From: a candidate division WOR-3 bacterium
GTDB lineage: Bacteria; Hydrothermota; Tepidihabitantia; Tepidihabitantales; Tepidihabitantaceae
DNA length: 31,356 nt
Direction of reading: 5' to 3'
Assembly (NCBI GenBank): GCA_965648935.1
Contig: CBFGIY010000022.1
Location: forward strand, 1 to 31,356
This document shows, piece after piece, positions 1 to 9,504 of this stretch; position 1 is the stretch's first letter; each line of letters starts with the position of its first letter. A model generated the notes under the pieces. The model worked only from the letters and a program-made list of their open reading frames with translations. It made no database searches and was not told the DNA's origin. The position numbers and the translations under genes are program-made.

Positions 1-842
1 CTACCGGTCAGGGCAAACACCGAGTCCGGATAATAGCATGCACACCACGCCAGCCCGGTTGTGCTGTTGCCGTCAATGTCGGCCGGCGTGCCGCGCACCG
101 GCACCACGGCAGTGAGCGAATCACCGGCACCGTCAATCACCGCGACGCAGGAGCTTTCGTGTACCGTGACAAACAGCCGGCCGGCGACCTGACTGTACCA
201 CAGGTTGTGGCCCGGTGCCGGCAGCGCGACGCTGGCGCTGATGTTGTTGGCGGCACCGTCAATCACCACCAGCCGGGCGCTGTCCGATGCACAGTAGACC
301 TTGTTGTTGACGGTGTTGACGGCGAAACGGTAGTTCCAGCTGCGGGGCACACCGAGCGTGGCCAGAATCGTGTCGCCGGCGCAGTCAACGACCCCGACAA
401 ACTCCAGCTGCGGCCCGCAGATGACATACGCCTTGTGCGCGACCGGGTTGTAGCAGCACTGTCCCATTCCGGTGTAAAACGGCACCGAGTCAACATAGCG
501 GCCGGTGGCACAGTCAAAGATTCCAAGATGGCCGGCCGGCACACCCGAAACCAGCAGCTGGTCCTCGTCCGGGTTGTAACAGGCGCCGCGTTCCCGCGCC
601 CAGCCGCCGCGCGCATCGGTCCGGCTCACCTTCTGGCCGGTGGCATTGTCGATGCCGAGCACGCTGCCACGCGCCATCACCACGAACACCCTGTTCTGAA
701 CCGGGCTGAAGCCCAGCGCCTGCGGCTCTCCGGCCAGTCCGAACCGGTCGGGCAGCACCAGCGTATCCTGCTGCCATTGACCGTCGGCAGCCGCGACTGT
801 CAACAGCGCGAGCAATACGACGGACTTCATCGCAGATTTCAT
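1..842 (-). CDS. Secreted YVTN/YncE-type beta-propeller protein (5' part; runs off window start)
   Basis: Not in the ORF track. Hand translation from ATG at 842 (GGGAGG SD upstream) gives MKSAMKSVVLLALLTVAAADGQW... with repeated YNP..KAYV / VIDGA.N / VVDCAGD.ILA propeller blades, open to position 1. Confidence 0.85.
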   Translation of the reverse strand, partial: MKSAMKSVVLLALLTVAAADGQWQQDTLVLPDRFGLAGEPQALGFSPVQNRVFVVMARGSVLGIDNATGQKVSRTDARGGWARERGACYNPDEDQLLVSGVPAGHLGIFDCATGRYVDSVPFYTGMGQCCYNPVAHKAYVICGPQLEFVGVVDCAGDTILATLGVPRSWNYRFAVNTVNNKVYCASDSARLVVIDGAANNISASVALPAPGHNLWYSQVAGRLFVTVHESSCVAVIDGAGDSLTAVVPVRGTPADIDGNSTTGLAWCACYYPDSVFALTG

Positions 843-878
843 CTTGCCTCCCCGGGCAGTAATGCGCCCTGACTCAAG

Positions 879-908
879 ATCATAGCTTCGCCCTCTCCGC
901 CACGTCAA
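879..908 (-). promoter_or_regulatory. sigma70-type promoter TTGACG-N18-TATGAT for the YVTN gene
   Basis: cgtcaa at 903-908 and atcata at 879-884 on the + strand. Confidence 0.55.
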
Positions 909-955
909 GCGGAGATGCTGGACGCCGGCACCGGCCTTCGCTATCATGGCCAACT

Positions 956-1777
956 GTGTCAATTCAGGCGATAATCTTCGATCTTGACGATACACTGGTC
1001 GTGGACGAGGCCGCGGCGCAGACCGCACTGCGGGCCACCTGCATCACCGCAACGCAGTGGTACGGCATCGACCCGGACGCGCTCTACATGGCGATTCGCA
1101 CCCGGGCGCGCGAGTTGTGGCGGGGCAATCCGACCGTGGCTTCATCGCCGTGCTGCGGGATGAGTTCGTGGGAAGCGCTGCGCTCAGACTTTCCCGGCAG
1201 TGACGAGCTGATGACCGGGCTGCGGCAGTGGGCGCCGAAGTTCCGCTTCGAGGCGTGGCTGGCCGCGGTGAGTGACTGTGGTGTCTTTGACCCGGTGCTG
1301 GCACAGGAACTCGCCTGTCAGTACCCGCGCGAACGCGAAGCGCGCGAGGAAGCATTCCCCGACGCCCTGCCCGCGGTGGCAGACCTCGGGCAGGATTACC
1401 GGCTCGCGGTCGTCACCAACGGGCCGTCCGACCTCCAGCGCGGCAAGCTCTTCGCCGCCCGGCTCGAAGATCACTTCCCGGTTATCGTCGTATCGGCCGA
1501 GGTCGGAGTGTGGAAACCGGACCCGGCTATCTTCAGGCTCGCGCTCGAACGGCTCGGGGTCGAGCCGCGCGCGGCGGTGATGGTCGGGGATATGCTCGCG
1601 CGCGATGTCGGCGCAGCCCAGGCCGCGGGGCTGTGGGGTATCTGGCTCGACCGCGCTGCCGACGGTGGCATCGCCGCTGCCGACCGCAGGGCCGATTCGG
1701 CAAACAGCGTCAAACCGGACGCAGTCGTCAAGTCGCTGACCGAACTGCGCGCGGCCATCGCCGCCCTGCCGGCCTAG
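956..1777 (+). CDS. HAD-superfamily hydrolase (subfamily IA, YfnB/YsaA-like)
   Basis: Motifs FDLDDTL, VTNG, KPDP, MVGD..RDV.AA. Confidence 0.92.
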   Translation: MSIQAIIFDLDDTLVVDEAAAQTALRATCITATQWYGIDPDALYMAIRTRARELWRGNPTVASSPCCGMSSWEALRSDFPGSDELMTGLRQWAPKFRFEAWLAAVSDCGVFDPVLAQELACQYPREREAREEAFPDALPAVADLGQDYRLAVVTNGPSDLQRGKLFAARLEDHFPVIVVSAEVGVWKPDPAIFRLALERLGVEPRAAVMVGDMLARDVGAAQAAGLWGIWLDRAADGGIAAADRRADSANSVKPDAVVKSLTELRAAIAALPA

Positions 1778-1786
1778 CGCACAGCG

Positions 1787-2986
1787 CTACTGGTCCCAGC
1801 CCGCGGGCAGACGCACTTCGTAAGCGTCGGTGTAGTCTTCCGGCCGGTAAATCCCCCGATTGGAACCGTACACCAGCTTCGTGCCGGCGCGGTTGATGCT
1901 GGCGAACGCCTCGGCAAAGTAGTCGGAGCGCGGGTTCGGGCCGGTCCAGCACCGGGTCGAGGCCAGCTTGACGATGCGCGGGTTGGGCGCGAGCTCCAGC
2001 ATGTAGAGCAGGTTGTCCATCCACGAGTGGGCCCGGCCCGGCGGCGGGTTCTCGGCGCCGTAGGTCGAAACCAGCACCCAGCCGGGTTTGGCCGTGCAGT
2101 TGCCCGAGATGTGCAGCCCGATGTCGGTGTTGACGTCGAACGGTATCGCCTGCAGTCCGACCTGCTCGCCGGTCTCCAGGTCCACCATCGCGATGGAATC
2201 GGTGGCGATGTTCTGCAGCACCATCACGTCCCGGCCGTCCGCGGTCAATGCACAATCGGAGTGGCCGGCCGCGCCGGCCGGAAAGTCAACCGCGTGCGAG
2301 AAGTCGCGGTAAAACGACTGCATCGGCCGCTCGTCGTAACAGATGACCGCGTGCCTGCCCGATTCGTCCATAGTCACATGGTTGACCGCGCCGGGGAACT
2401 GGGTCTTCGCGCCGACGACGCTGTCGGTGTCCCGGTCGTACACGCAGACCGCCATCAGCCCGAAGTTGCTGTCGGTCACCATCAGGCACCAGTAGCGCCG
2501 GTCGGTCGACGCGTCGCCCTCGACTGCGGTCGTGACCATACCCATTCCCGGAAAGTCGGCGGCGAAGTCGTGGACAACCGTGCCCGAGTCGGCCGCGACC
2601 GAGTACTCCATCAGCCGGCTGTAGTTGAGATAATAGAACCGGTCCGGGTCAGTCGCGTGCCAGCGCGGTTCGAGCTCCTGGCCGCCGACGAGGTGCGCGA
2701 GACTGCGCACCAGCGCATAGCTCTGTCCGTCGTAGAGGTAAAACACGCCGTCGTTGCTGCGCAGCACCAGATATGAACCGTCGCAGTTCCAGGCGTCGGC
2801 CCGGGCATACTCGTTCTGGATGCCGTTGCCCGAGTAGCCGTCGATGTCCTTGTCGGTGATGCGCACGACCAGCGAGCCGTGCAGCGAATCGGCCACTGCC
2901 ACGCCCTTGGCCGGCAGTTCAGCGGGCGGACCGGCGCAGCAGAGAACTAATGCCAGCAGGGGAAGAAGACGCGCCGGTTGTCGCAT
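1787..2986 (-). CDS. Secreted hypothetical protein, probable beta-propeller (possible lipoprotein)
   Basis: Hydrophobic signal (LLPLLALVLCC), repeated short beta-strand/Asp-Gly turns, host-like codon bias, downstream of the 2999-4546 gene. Confidence 0.75.
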   Translation of the reverse strand: MRQPARLLPLLALVLCCAGPPAELPAKGVAVADSLHGSLVVRITDKDIDGYSGNGIQNEYARADAWNCDGSYLVLRSNDGVFYLYDGQSYALVRSLAHLVGGQELEPRWHATDPDRFYYLNYSRLMEYSVAADSGTVVHDFAADFPGMGMVTTAVEGDASTDRRYWCLMVTDSNFGLMAVCVYDRDTDSVVGAKTQFPGAVNHVTMDESGRHAVICYDERPMQSFYRDFSHAVDFPAGAAGHSDCALTADGRDVMVLQNIATDSIAMVDLETGEQVGLQAIPFDVNTDIGLHISGNCTAKPGWVLVSTYGAENPPPGRAHSWMDNLLYMLELAPNPRIVKLASTRCWTGPNPRSDYFAEAFASINRAGTKLVYGSNRGIYRPEDYTDAYEVRLPAGWDQ

Positions 2987-2998
2987 TGCGCCCCCGGT

Positions 2999-4546
2999 TC
3001 AGGGCAGCCGCACGATTTGACCGGCCGCCGTGCGCCCTGCTGCAGTCAGCCGATAAGTGTACACGCCGGCCGGTGCGGCGCGGCCGTCCCATTCCAGCCG
3101 CGCGCCGCGGGCGGTGCTGCGGTGCACGACCCGGCCGAGCGCGTCGGTCACCGTGAGTTCGACCGATTCACGACCGATCGGCCCGGCCGTGAACCGCACG
3201 ACACCGCGGGTCGGGCTGGGCCCGGCCTGCACCGAGAGCGGGAGCCAGCGCGATACCGGCGAGTTGAGCCCCACCTGCAGCGAGGTCAGGTAGTGAAAGC
3301 CCATGTCGAGTGGGCCGGTGTCGGGGATTGAGTCGGTGCGGGTTGTCCAGCTTCGCAGCAGCGACTCGAGGTCGAGACCGAGAGCGGGCAGGAGCGTGTC
3401 GCCCGCGTCGACGCTGGGCGAGGTTGAGGGCTGGCCGGCTGCGGTCTGCGAGAGGTAGAAAGCTCCCCGGCCGCCCGCGACAAACAGCGGGTCAGCCGAA
3501 ATCGCTCCCGGGCCCGGCGTGCAGTTGACATAATCGCCGCCGGTGTTGTTCCAGACGTTGTTGAAGGAGTTGGTCGCGACACCGCCCGGGCTGTAACAGA
3601 AGATGCCGCCGCCCGAGGCCGCGGAGTTGGACGCGATGATGTTGTTCTTGACGTATGCGGTCTCGTTGATGTCGACGAAGATGCCGCCGCCCTGGCGGAA
3701 GTTGCCGCCGATGCAGGCGTTGGATGAAATGGTGTTGGCTATGATGGCCGCTGGCCCGTTCACCTTGATGCCCGCGCCGTAGTTCCAGTAGACGCCCCGG
3801 TTCTCGTTGGCGGTGATGAGGTTGCAGAAGATGAGGGCCGGGCCGCCGACATAGATGCCGGCGCCGTGGCCGCGGTCGCCGTCCTTGTTCGAGTTGGCGG
3901 TGATGACGTTGCCGTAGACCAGCGCCGGCGCGTCGTCGATGTAGATGCCCGCGCCGTAAGTCCAGTAACCGAGGCGACACTCGTTGCGGGCAATGAGGTT
4001 GAAGCAGATCTCGGGCGATGAGCGGCTGGCCGCGTGGATGCCGCCGCCGTAGACCCAGGTCGATGAATCGGCCGCGACGTTGTCGGAGATTTCGTTCTCC
4101 CTGATGAGCGGCGAGCAGTTGGCGGCGACGTAGATGCCGGCGCCGTAGTCGCGGCCGCCCTGGGCCGTGTTGCCGCTGACCAGGTTGCCGACGATGGCGG
4201 GCGAGCCGCCGCAGTATATGCCCGCGCCGGCGCTGGCCTTGCCCGCGCGCACCGTGAACCCGCGCAGTTCGGTGGCACGCGACTGGGCCGAGCCGAACTG
4301 GAGCACACGGCCATTGCCGCCGCCCGACAGCACGGTCGAGTCGGGCCCGGCCAGCGAATGGAGCCGGATGCCGTCGGTCGAGGGCCAGACTATGTTCTCG
4401 GTGTAGGTGCCGGGCATCACCAGCACGGTATCGCCGTAGCCGGCCAGGTTCAGCCCGGCCTGCACGGTCGCGGCCGAGTCGGGCACGACAATCACGCGCG
4501 CCAGCAGGGCGCCGGCCGCAAGCAGCAGCACGAACAGGGTTCTCAT
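2999..4546 (-). CDS. Right-handed parallel beta-helix (pectin-lyase-like) protein with C-terminal T9SS/FlgD-like sorting domain
   Basis: TVQAGLN..GDTVLVMPGTYTENI start, GGGIY/I..N repeats, C-terminal PSP.RG...DALGRVV...WDG...PAGVY. SD GGAGGTG. Promoter TTGACT-N16-TATGCT at 4597-4570. Confidence 0.88.
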   Translation of the reverse strand: MRTLFVLLLAAGALLARVIVVPDSAATVQAGLNLAGYGDTVLVMPGTYTENIVWPSTDGIRLHSLAGPDSTVLSGGGNGRVLQFGSAQSRATELRGFTVRAGKASAGAGIYCGGSPAIVGNLVSGNTAQGGRDYGAGIYVAANCSPLIRENEISDNVAADSSTWVYGGGIHAASRSSPEICFNLIARNECRLGYWTYGAGIYIDDAPALVYGNVITANSNKDGDRGHGAGIYVGGPALIFCNLITANENRGVYWNYGAGIKVNGPAAIIANTISSNACIGGNFRQGGGIFVDINETAYVKNNIIASNSAASGGGIFCYSPGGVATNSFNNVWNNTGGDYVNCTPGPGAISADPLFVAGGRGAFYLSQTAAGQPSTSPSVDAGDTLLPALGLDLESLLRSWTTRTDSIPDTGPLDMGFHYLTSLQVGLNSPVSRWLPLSVQAGPSPTRGVVRFTAGPIGRESVELTVTDALGRVVHRSTARGARLEWDGRAAPAGVYTYRLTAAGRTAAGQIVRLP

Positions 4547-4708
4547 CAGTTCACCTCCGGTTCAGGGCCAGCATAGGCGGCAATGCGGGCAAGTCAACGG
4601 GGAGAAGCGCGGATGCAGGAGGCAGCATGATTCTGGCTGGCGGCTTCTGCGGGGCCGCGGCTCCGGGCCCGAGCTTGACAGGCGCTGAGGTGTCGGGAGG
4701 ATACAGCC

Positions 4709-5608
4709 GTGCCGAGCAACGCGGTTGCGATTCTCAACCCGGTCGCGGGCCGGACCCGCGGCCAGGAGCTGGCCCGGCTGGCGCTCGCTGAACTGAAGCG
4801 CAGGATTCCCGATATCGAGGTGCGCGCGAGTTCGAGTCCGGATGATGCGCTCGCGCAGGCCCGGGCGGCACGCGACTCCGGGCTGGTCATCGCCGTGGGC
4901 GGCGACGGGACGGTGCGCGATGTGGCGGCCGGCATACTGGGCGGTGCGGCCGAGTTGGCCATCGTGCCGGTCGGGTCGGGTAACGACTTCACGAAGACAA
5001 TCGGCGTGCCGCGCGACATCCCCGCGGCCTGCCGCATCGCGGCCGAGGGCAAGGCAGTGCCGGTGGACGCGGTACGGGTGGAGATGAGCGGGCCGGCCGG
5101 GACCAGGGTGCGGCATTACATCAACGTGGCCGGGTTCGGGTTCGACGCGATGGTGGTGGCCGAGGCGCGCCGGTCGCGTCACCTGCGCGGGCTGGCGCTG
5201 TACGTGAACGCGGTGTTTCGCGCGGTGCGCGATTACCATTGCCCGCAGGTGCGGCTGAAGGCCGGCACCGAGGAGTGGCGGCAGGGAATCCTGCTGTGCG
5301 CCGTGGCGAACGGCCGGCTCTACGGCGGCGGTATGAAGATAGCGCCCGAGGCGAAGCCGGACGACGGACTGCTGGAAGTCTGCATCGCCGACCCGATGAA
5401 CCGGCCGGGCATTTTGCGCGCGTTGCCGCGGCTGGTCGCGGGGACGCATGTGACGATGAAGGAAGTGCGGATGCTGCGCGCGCCCGAGTTCGAGCTGGAG
5501 CTGCTCGACCCGGCGCCGGTGCAGCTCGACGGCGATGTTATCGACACGGACGGGTACACGACGTTCCGGATGAGCGTGTTGCAGGGCGCGGTCAGGGTCC
5601 GGGTCTAG
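4709..5608 (+). CDS. Diacylglycerol kinase-family lipid kinase (YegS/DagK-like)
   Basis: NPVAG, VGGDGT, PVGSGNDF, GFGFDA, NGRLYGGG, QLDGD motifs. Confidence 0.93.
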   Translation: MPSNAVAILNPVAGRTRGQELARLALAELKRRIPDIEVRASSSPDDALAQARAARDSGLVIAVGGDGTVRDVAAGILGGAAELAIVPVGSGNDFTKTIGVPRDIPAACRIAAEGKAVPVDAVRVEMSGPAGTRVRHYINVAGFGFDAMVVAEARRSRHLRGLALYVNAVFRAVRDYHCPQVRLKAGTEEWRQGILLCAVANGRLYGGGMKIAPEAKPDDGLLEVCIADPMNRPGILRALPRLVAGTHVTMKEVRMLRAPEFELELLDPAPVQLDGDVIDTDGYTTFRMSVLQGAVRVRV

Positions 5609-5646
5609 TTTCACCACAGAGGCACAACAGGCCCTAAGGGTCATGG

Positions 5647-5680
5647 AAAAGACACAGGGGCGGCTTGCGCCGCCCCCGTG
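5647..5680 (-). terminator. Rho-independent terminator of the S8 protease gene
   Basis: Minus strand CACGGGGGCGGC-GCAA-GCCGCCCCTGTG followed by TCTTTT. Confidence 0.8.
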
Positions 5681-5694
5681 AGTTCTGGTGGCCT

Positions 5695-8319
5695 CTAGCG
5701 CTCGAGGATGAGCTTGCGGGTGGAGTTGAAGCCGTCGGTCTCGAAGCGCAGCAGGTAGACGCCGGCGCTGACACGGTTGCCCGCGGCGTCGGTGCCGTTC
5801 CATTCGCCGGTGTACCAGCCCGGGGCTCGCTCGCCCGCCTCAAGCGTGCGTACGAGCTTGCCGGCCGCGTCGTAGACGCCGAGCCGGACCCGCGCGGCGC
5901 GCGGCAGGGCAAAGCGGACCGCGGTGCGGCCGGTGAACGGGTTGGGCTGGGCGCCCTCAAGCGCGAAGGAGCGCGGCAGGCCGCGGCCTTCCTCGACGCC
6001 GGTCGGCGTGAAGGTCCGGAACGACCTGAAGGCCTGGTCGTTGGCCGGGTTGCCGTCGCCCGAGAGCGCGGTCGAGCAGCGGGCGCGGTATGAGCCGACC
6101 ACGTTGCTGGTCCAGTCGTCGAAGTCAAGCGTGTCGAGGGTGTTGCCGGCGAGCGTCACGTGGACGCTGTCGGAGTAGCCGTTGTCGACCCAGAACCACA
6201 CCGGGAAGGTCTCGGTGTTGGCCGTGAAGTTGCGCACGACTGCCTGGGGCGTGACCGGCACGTTGACCGGCACAGAGTCAGCCGGCGCGAGGATGGACAC
6301 GACACCGACGTCGTGGTCTGGCGGCGGTGCGGTCTGGAACATGCCGATGGCCGCGAGCGCGAAGGGCTGCGGGCCCTGCGGGATGTTGCGGGCATAGACC
6401 TTGACCGTCCAGGTGCCGAGCGCGGGCTGGTTGAGGCGGAAGCACTCCTCGACGTTGAGCGAGTCGTAGACGCCGCCGGTCGTCGACTGGCCGGCCGAGT
6501 AGACGTTGCCCTTGTACTCGGTGCCGGTCGGCGACACGACGAGAAGGTTCAGGTCGTTGACGATGATGCGCTGGGCCTGCATCACGCCGGGGTAGTCGGA
6601 CCAGCAGAGCGCGACGCGGAACGGCCGCGAGTCGCCCGCGACCTCGATTGTAAACACGGCCGAGTCGCCGGTCTGCAGGCCGGCGAGCTCATCCCAGACC
6701 CAGAGCTTGGACTGGTCGCCGGCGAAGTAGAGCGACGAGTCGAGGTCGACCCGGCCCCAGCCGACGTTGTTGTCGGGCACGGTGTAGCCGGTGACGTCGT
6801 TGTCGGCGCCGACGATGCCGACGGCCTTGTTGAGCGCGGCGGTGATTTCAAGCGGCGTGCCGGTGGTCGAGTCGCCGGTCGGGTAGAAGCCCTTGCGGAA
6901 GTAGTCGCGGATGAGCGCCATCGAGCCGGCCATGTTGGGCGTGGCCATCGAGGTGCCGCTCATCGAAACATAGCCGGACGCGCTGGTATGCGACGCTGAC
7001 AGAAGACCGTCCGCCGGCGAGATGAGCTGGGGCTTTCTCCGGCCGTCCGCGGTCGGGCCGCGCGAGGAGGTGGTGTAGAAAGTGCGGCAGGAAGTCCCGT
7101 TGAGCGTGCCGCCGGTTGAGATGATGTTCTTGGCGATGACCGGGTGGCCCATCTGGGTGACACCGTAGTTGCCCATCGAGTTGCAGTGCATGAACATCGG
7201 GTGGTTCCAGACGAACTGGTCCGCGGTCATATCCGAGAACACGTAGATGTTGAACGTGTCCTTGCGCGACAGCGACATCGAGTGGTTGAACGAGCGCAGG
7301 CCGGTCGGGCCGCCCGACTCGGGGCCGGCAAACCAGACGTTCATGTCCCAGCCGGTAGGGAAAGAGCTGTAGTACTGGAAGTAGAGCCGCGACTTCTTGG
7401 CCACGCCGTCGTGCCAGGAGGTGCCGCCGACCGGTTCGTCGTCGCCGCAGAGCGTGCCGCCGGTGTGGGTGCCGTGCGACTCGGCGCCGATGGTGCCGAA
7501 GTAGTGGTAGACCTTGCGGTGGTTGGGCCCGGGCGTGTTGTTGACCGGGTCGCGGAAGAGATCGTGGCCGTGCCAGAGACGCTGGTCGGTGAGGCTGACG
7601 TACACCGACGAGCCGTCAACGCCCTTGCGCCATATCGTGCGCGCGGTGTCGGCCGCGGCGTAACCGTGCTGGACGACCCAGGTGGCGTTGGCGTTGTCCG
7701 GGGTGACCGGGTAGAAGGGCTCGACCCAGAAGACGCCGGGGAGATGGACGATGTCGGCGATGCGGCTGGCGTCAATCGTCAGCCGGACCGAGTTGTTCCA
7801 CCGGTTGAACTCGGGCACGATGGACTTGGCGCCGAGCGCGCTGAGGTTGTCGAGGAGCGCGTAGGCATTCTCGGCCTTGTGGAACACGACGATCAGGTCC
7901 TGCGGGCCGGTGTGGTCGAGCAGGCCGGGGAGCAGTTTGTACGCCGGCTGGAAAAGGCCGAGCCAGCGCACCTCGGGCAGGGCCGCGACCGCGGCGGCGC
8001 GGTCGTTGCGGATGCGGGCGATGAAGGCGTAGTTGGGCAGGTACCAGGAGAGTTCGACGCCCTCGGCCTGAACCGCGGCTTTCCATTCGGGCCGCACCGG
8101 GCCGGGGAACTGGACGATGTAATAGCCGTAGGCGCCGTCGTAGGAGTTGACGGCGAGGTCCCGGGGCAGGTCAGGCCCGCCCTTGAGCGGGTCGAAGCTG
8201 TAGCCCTGGACGAAGTCTATCGTCATCGAGCCGGTCTGTTCGACCGGGAGGGTGATCTTGGGCGCGGCGAACGCCACGGCCAAGGCTACGAGCGCGAGCA
8301 GGACGGTCTTGCTGGTCAT
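5695..8319 (-). CDS. S8 subtilase (KP-43/TagC-like) with C-terminal Ig/CARDB-like and FlgD-Ig/T9SS domains
   Basis: Signal peptide and propeptide, LTD (Asp), HGTHTGG (His), NSMGN, SSRGPT.DGRRKP, SGTSMATP (Ser), GWGRVDL, W.DYP..NDL.L.V KP-43 C-domain, PNPF...YDAAGKLVR...W.G.D CTD. SD AAGGAG. Confidence 0.93.
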   Translation of the reverse strand: MTSKTVLLALVALAVAFAAPKITLPVEQTGSMTIDFVQGYSFDPLKGGPDLPRDLAVNSYDGAYGYYIVQFPGPVRPEWKAAVQAEGVELSWYLPNYAFIARIRNDRAAAVAALPEVRWLGLFQPAYKLLPGLLDHTGPQDLIVVFHKAENAYALLDNLSALGAKSIVPEFNRWNNSVRLTIDASRIADIVHLPGVFWVEPFYPVTPDNANATWVVQHGYAAADTARTIWRKGVDGSSVYVSLTDQRLWHGHDLFRDPVNNTPGPNHRKVYHYFGTIGAESHGTHTGGTLCGDDEPVGGTSWHDGVAKKSRLYFQYYSSFPTGWDMNVWFAGPESGGPTGLRSFNHSMSLSRKDTFNIYVFSDMTADQFVWNHPMFMHCNSMGNYGVTQMGHPVIAKNIISTGGTLNGTSCRTFYTTSSRGPTADGRRKPQLISPADGLLSASHTSASGYVSMSGTSMATPNMAGSMALIRDYFRKGFYPTGDSTTGTPLEITAALNKAVGIVGADNDVTGYTVPDNNVGWGRVDLDSSLYFAGDQSKLWVWDELAGLQTGDSAVFTIEVAGDSRPFRVALCWSDYPGVMQAQRIIVNDLNLLVVSPTGTEYKGNVYSAGQSTTGGVYDSLNVEECFRLNQPALGTWTVKVYARNIPQGPQPFALAAIGMFQTAPPPDHDVGVVSILAPADSVPVNVPVTPQAVVRNFTANTETFPVWFWVDNGYSDSVHVTLAGNTLDTLDFDDWTSNVVGSYRARCSTALSGDGNPANDQAFRSFRTFTPTGVEEGRGLPRSFALEGAQPNPFTGRTAVRFALPRAARVRLGVYDAAGKLVRTLEAGERAPGWYTGEWNGTDAAGNRVSAGVYLLRFETDGFNSTRKLILER

Positions 8320-8412
8320 TCTTCACTCCTTATCGGGCTTCTTCAGGCAAGTCCTCACATTATACCCGGGCCGCAGCCGGGCAGGCAAGGAAAAACTGCC
8401 GCAGAGACCAGA

Positions 8413-8440
8413 GCCGCCCCTGCCCAGTGGCAGGGGCGGC
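8413..8440 (-). terminator. Hairpin terminator downstream of the carboxypeptidase-regulatory-domain gene
   Basis: Perfect 12-bp stem GCCGCCCCTGCC-cagt-GGCAGGGGCGGC, weak T tail. Confidence 0.6.
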
Positions 8441-8458
8441 AAACAAGGAGGGAATGGT

Positions 8459-9337
8459 CTAGTCGGACTCTGCTGTTGATCGGTGAAGCGCGAAGTCGAT
8501 GTCGCCGGTGACCTGGCCGGGCCGGACCGGCACGGGCTGCGGGAAGCGCTCGGGTTCATAGCCACGGGCGCGGCAGACAACAGCGTAGATGCCGGGACGG
8601 ACCGGAATGCGGTACAGGCCGCGGGCGTTGGTGATGGCGCGGCCGGCGAAGTTCTCGCCCCGGGCAAGCACGACCGCGCCGGCGATCGGCTCTTTTTTCA
8701 TGGCGTCAACCACACGGCCGGTGATGAAGCCGTTGCGCGGCCGCGGCACCAGCGCGAAGTTGATGTCTTCGGTGACTTGGTCGGCGCGAACCGTCACGCG
8801 GCCGGGGTAGTCGGCCCTGAAGTAGTGGTGCGCGCGGGCTTTGAGAGCGTATTCTCCTGCGGCGAGGTTACGTATGACATAGATGCCGTCGCGGTTGGTC
8901 GTGCCCCGACCCGCGCCATTCGGACCGCGGGCGATCACTACCGCGCCGCGCACCGGCTCGCCGGTGACACGGTCGAGCACGCGGCCGGTGATGGCACCGG
9001 TGCCGGCGCGATGGGGACGAAGCCGGAAGTTGATTTCCTCCACGGTCTGTCCGGGCAGAACCGTGACCGGGGCGGGCCAGATGGCCGGTTCGTAGCCGCG
9101 GGCCGAGGCCATCACGCGGTACTGGCCGGGCTCGAGGTTGCGGGCGACGTACACGCCGCGCTCGTTTGTGGCGACTTGGACCGGCCGGGAGTTCGCCGCC
9201 TGAAGCTTGACCACGGCGCCGCTTATCGGGTCGCCGGTGACCGCGTTGAGGACACGGCCGGTGATGGCGCCCTGGTCGCCGGCAAGAGCGACCGTGAAGG
9301 CGGCAACGAAGATACTGATGCCGAGCAGACGTTTCAC
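8459..9337 (-). CDS. Secreted protein with three tandem carboxypeptidase-regulatory-like (CarboxypepD_reg) domains
   Basis: Three repeats G.ITGRV.D..TG.P..GA.V...TN.RG.Y....PG.Y.V.A.A.GY....INF.L. Start revised to GTG 9337 (AGGAGG SD; signal MKRLLGISIFVAAFTVALA). Confidence 0.88.
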   Translation of the reverse strand: MKRLLGISIFVAAFTVALAGDQGAITGRVLNAVTGDPISGAVVKLQAANSRPVQVATNERGVYVARNLEPGQYRVMASARGYEPAIWPAPVTVLPGQTVEEINFRLRPHRAGTGAITGRVLDRVTGEPVRGAVVIARGPNGAGRGTTNRDGIYVIRNLAAGEYALKARAHHYFRADYPGRVTVRADQVTEDINFALVPRPRNGFITGRVVDAMKKEPIAGAVVLARGENFAGRAITNARGLYRIPVRPGIYAVVCRARGYEPERFPQPVPVRPGQVTGDIDFALHRSTAESD

Positions 9338-9396
9338 TTCTGACCTCCTGCGTTTGAGAACGTCGTTGCCATTGCTGGACTCATTGACCGTTTGAT

Positions 9397-9412
9397 TGCA
9401 CCGGGCGTGCCA
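9397..9412 (-). promoter_or_regulatory. Putative sigma54 (-24/-12) promoter
   Basis: Minus strand TGGCACGCCCGGTGCA, GG-N10-GC spacing, 60 nt upstream of the 9337 start. Confidence 0.55.
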
Positions 9413-9504
9413 GCGGCTCAAGTGCCGTATCATCGTCGGATACGAGATCCAGGATGGGGTCATGGTGGACCGGGCTGAACGGGCCTGCACCGGTCGGTGC
9501 AGTC

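Noticed and set aside
159..872. 237-aa + strand ORF and other long antisense ORFs (e.g. 4562-5803, 7144-8511, 16200-17735, 23006-24100)
   Set aside because: Shadow ORFs opposite well-supported genes, typical of high-GC DNA, with no motifs.
5609..5646. CACCACAGAGGCACAACAG REP-like motif between convergent genes
   Set aside because: Single short copy in the window, so a repeat family cannot be supported.
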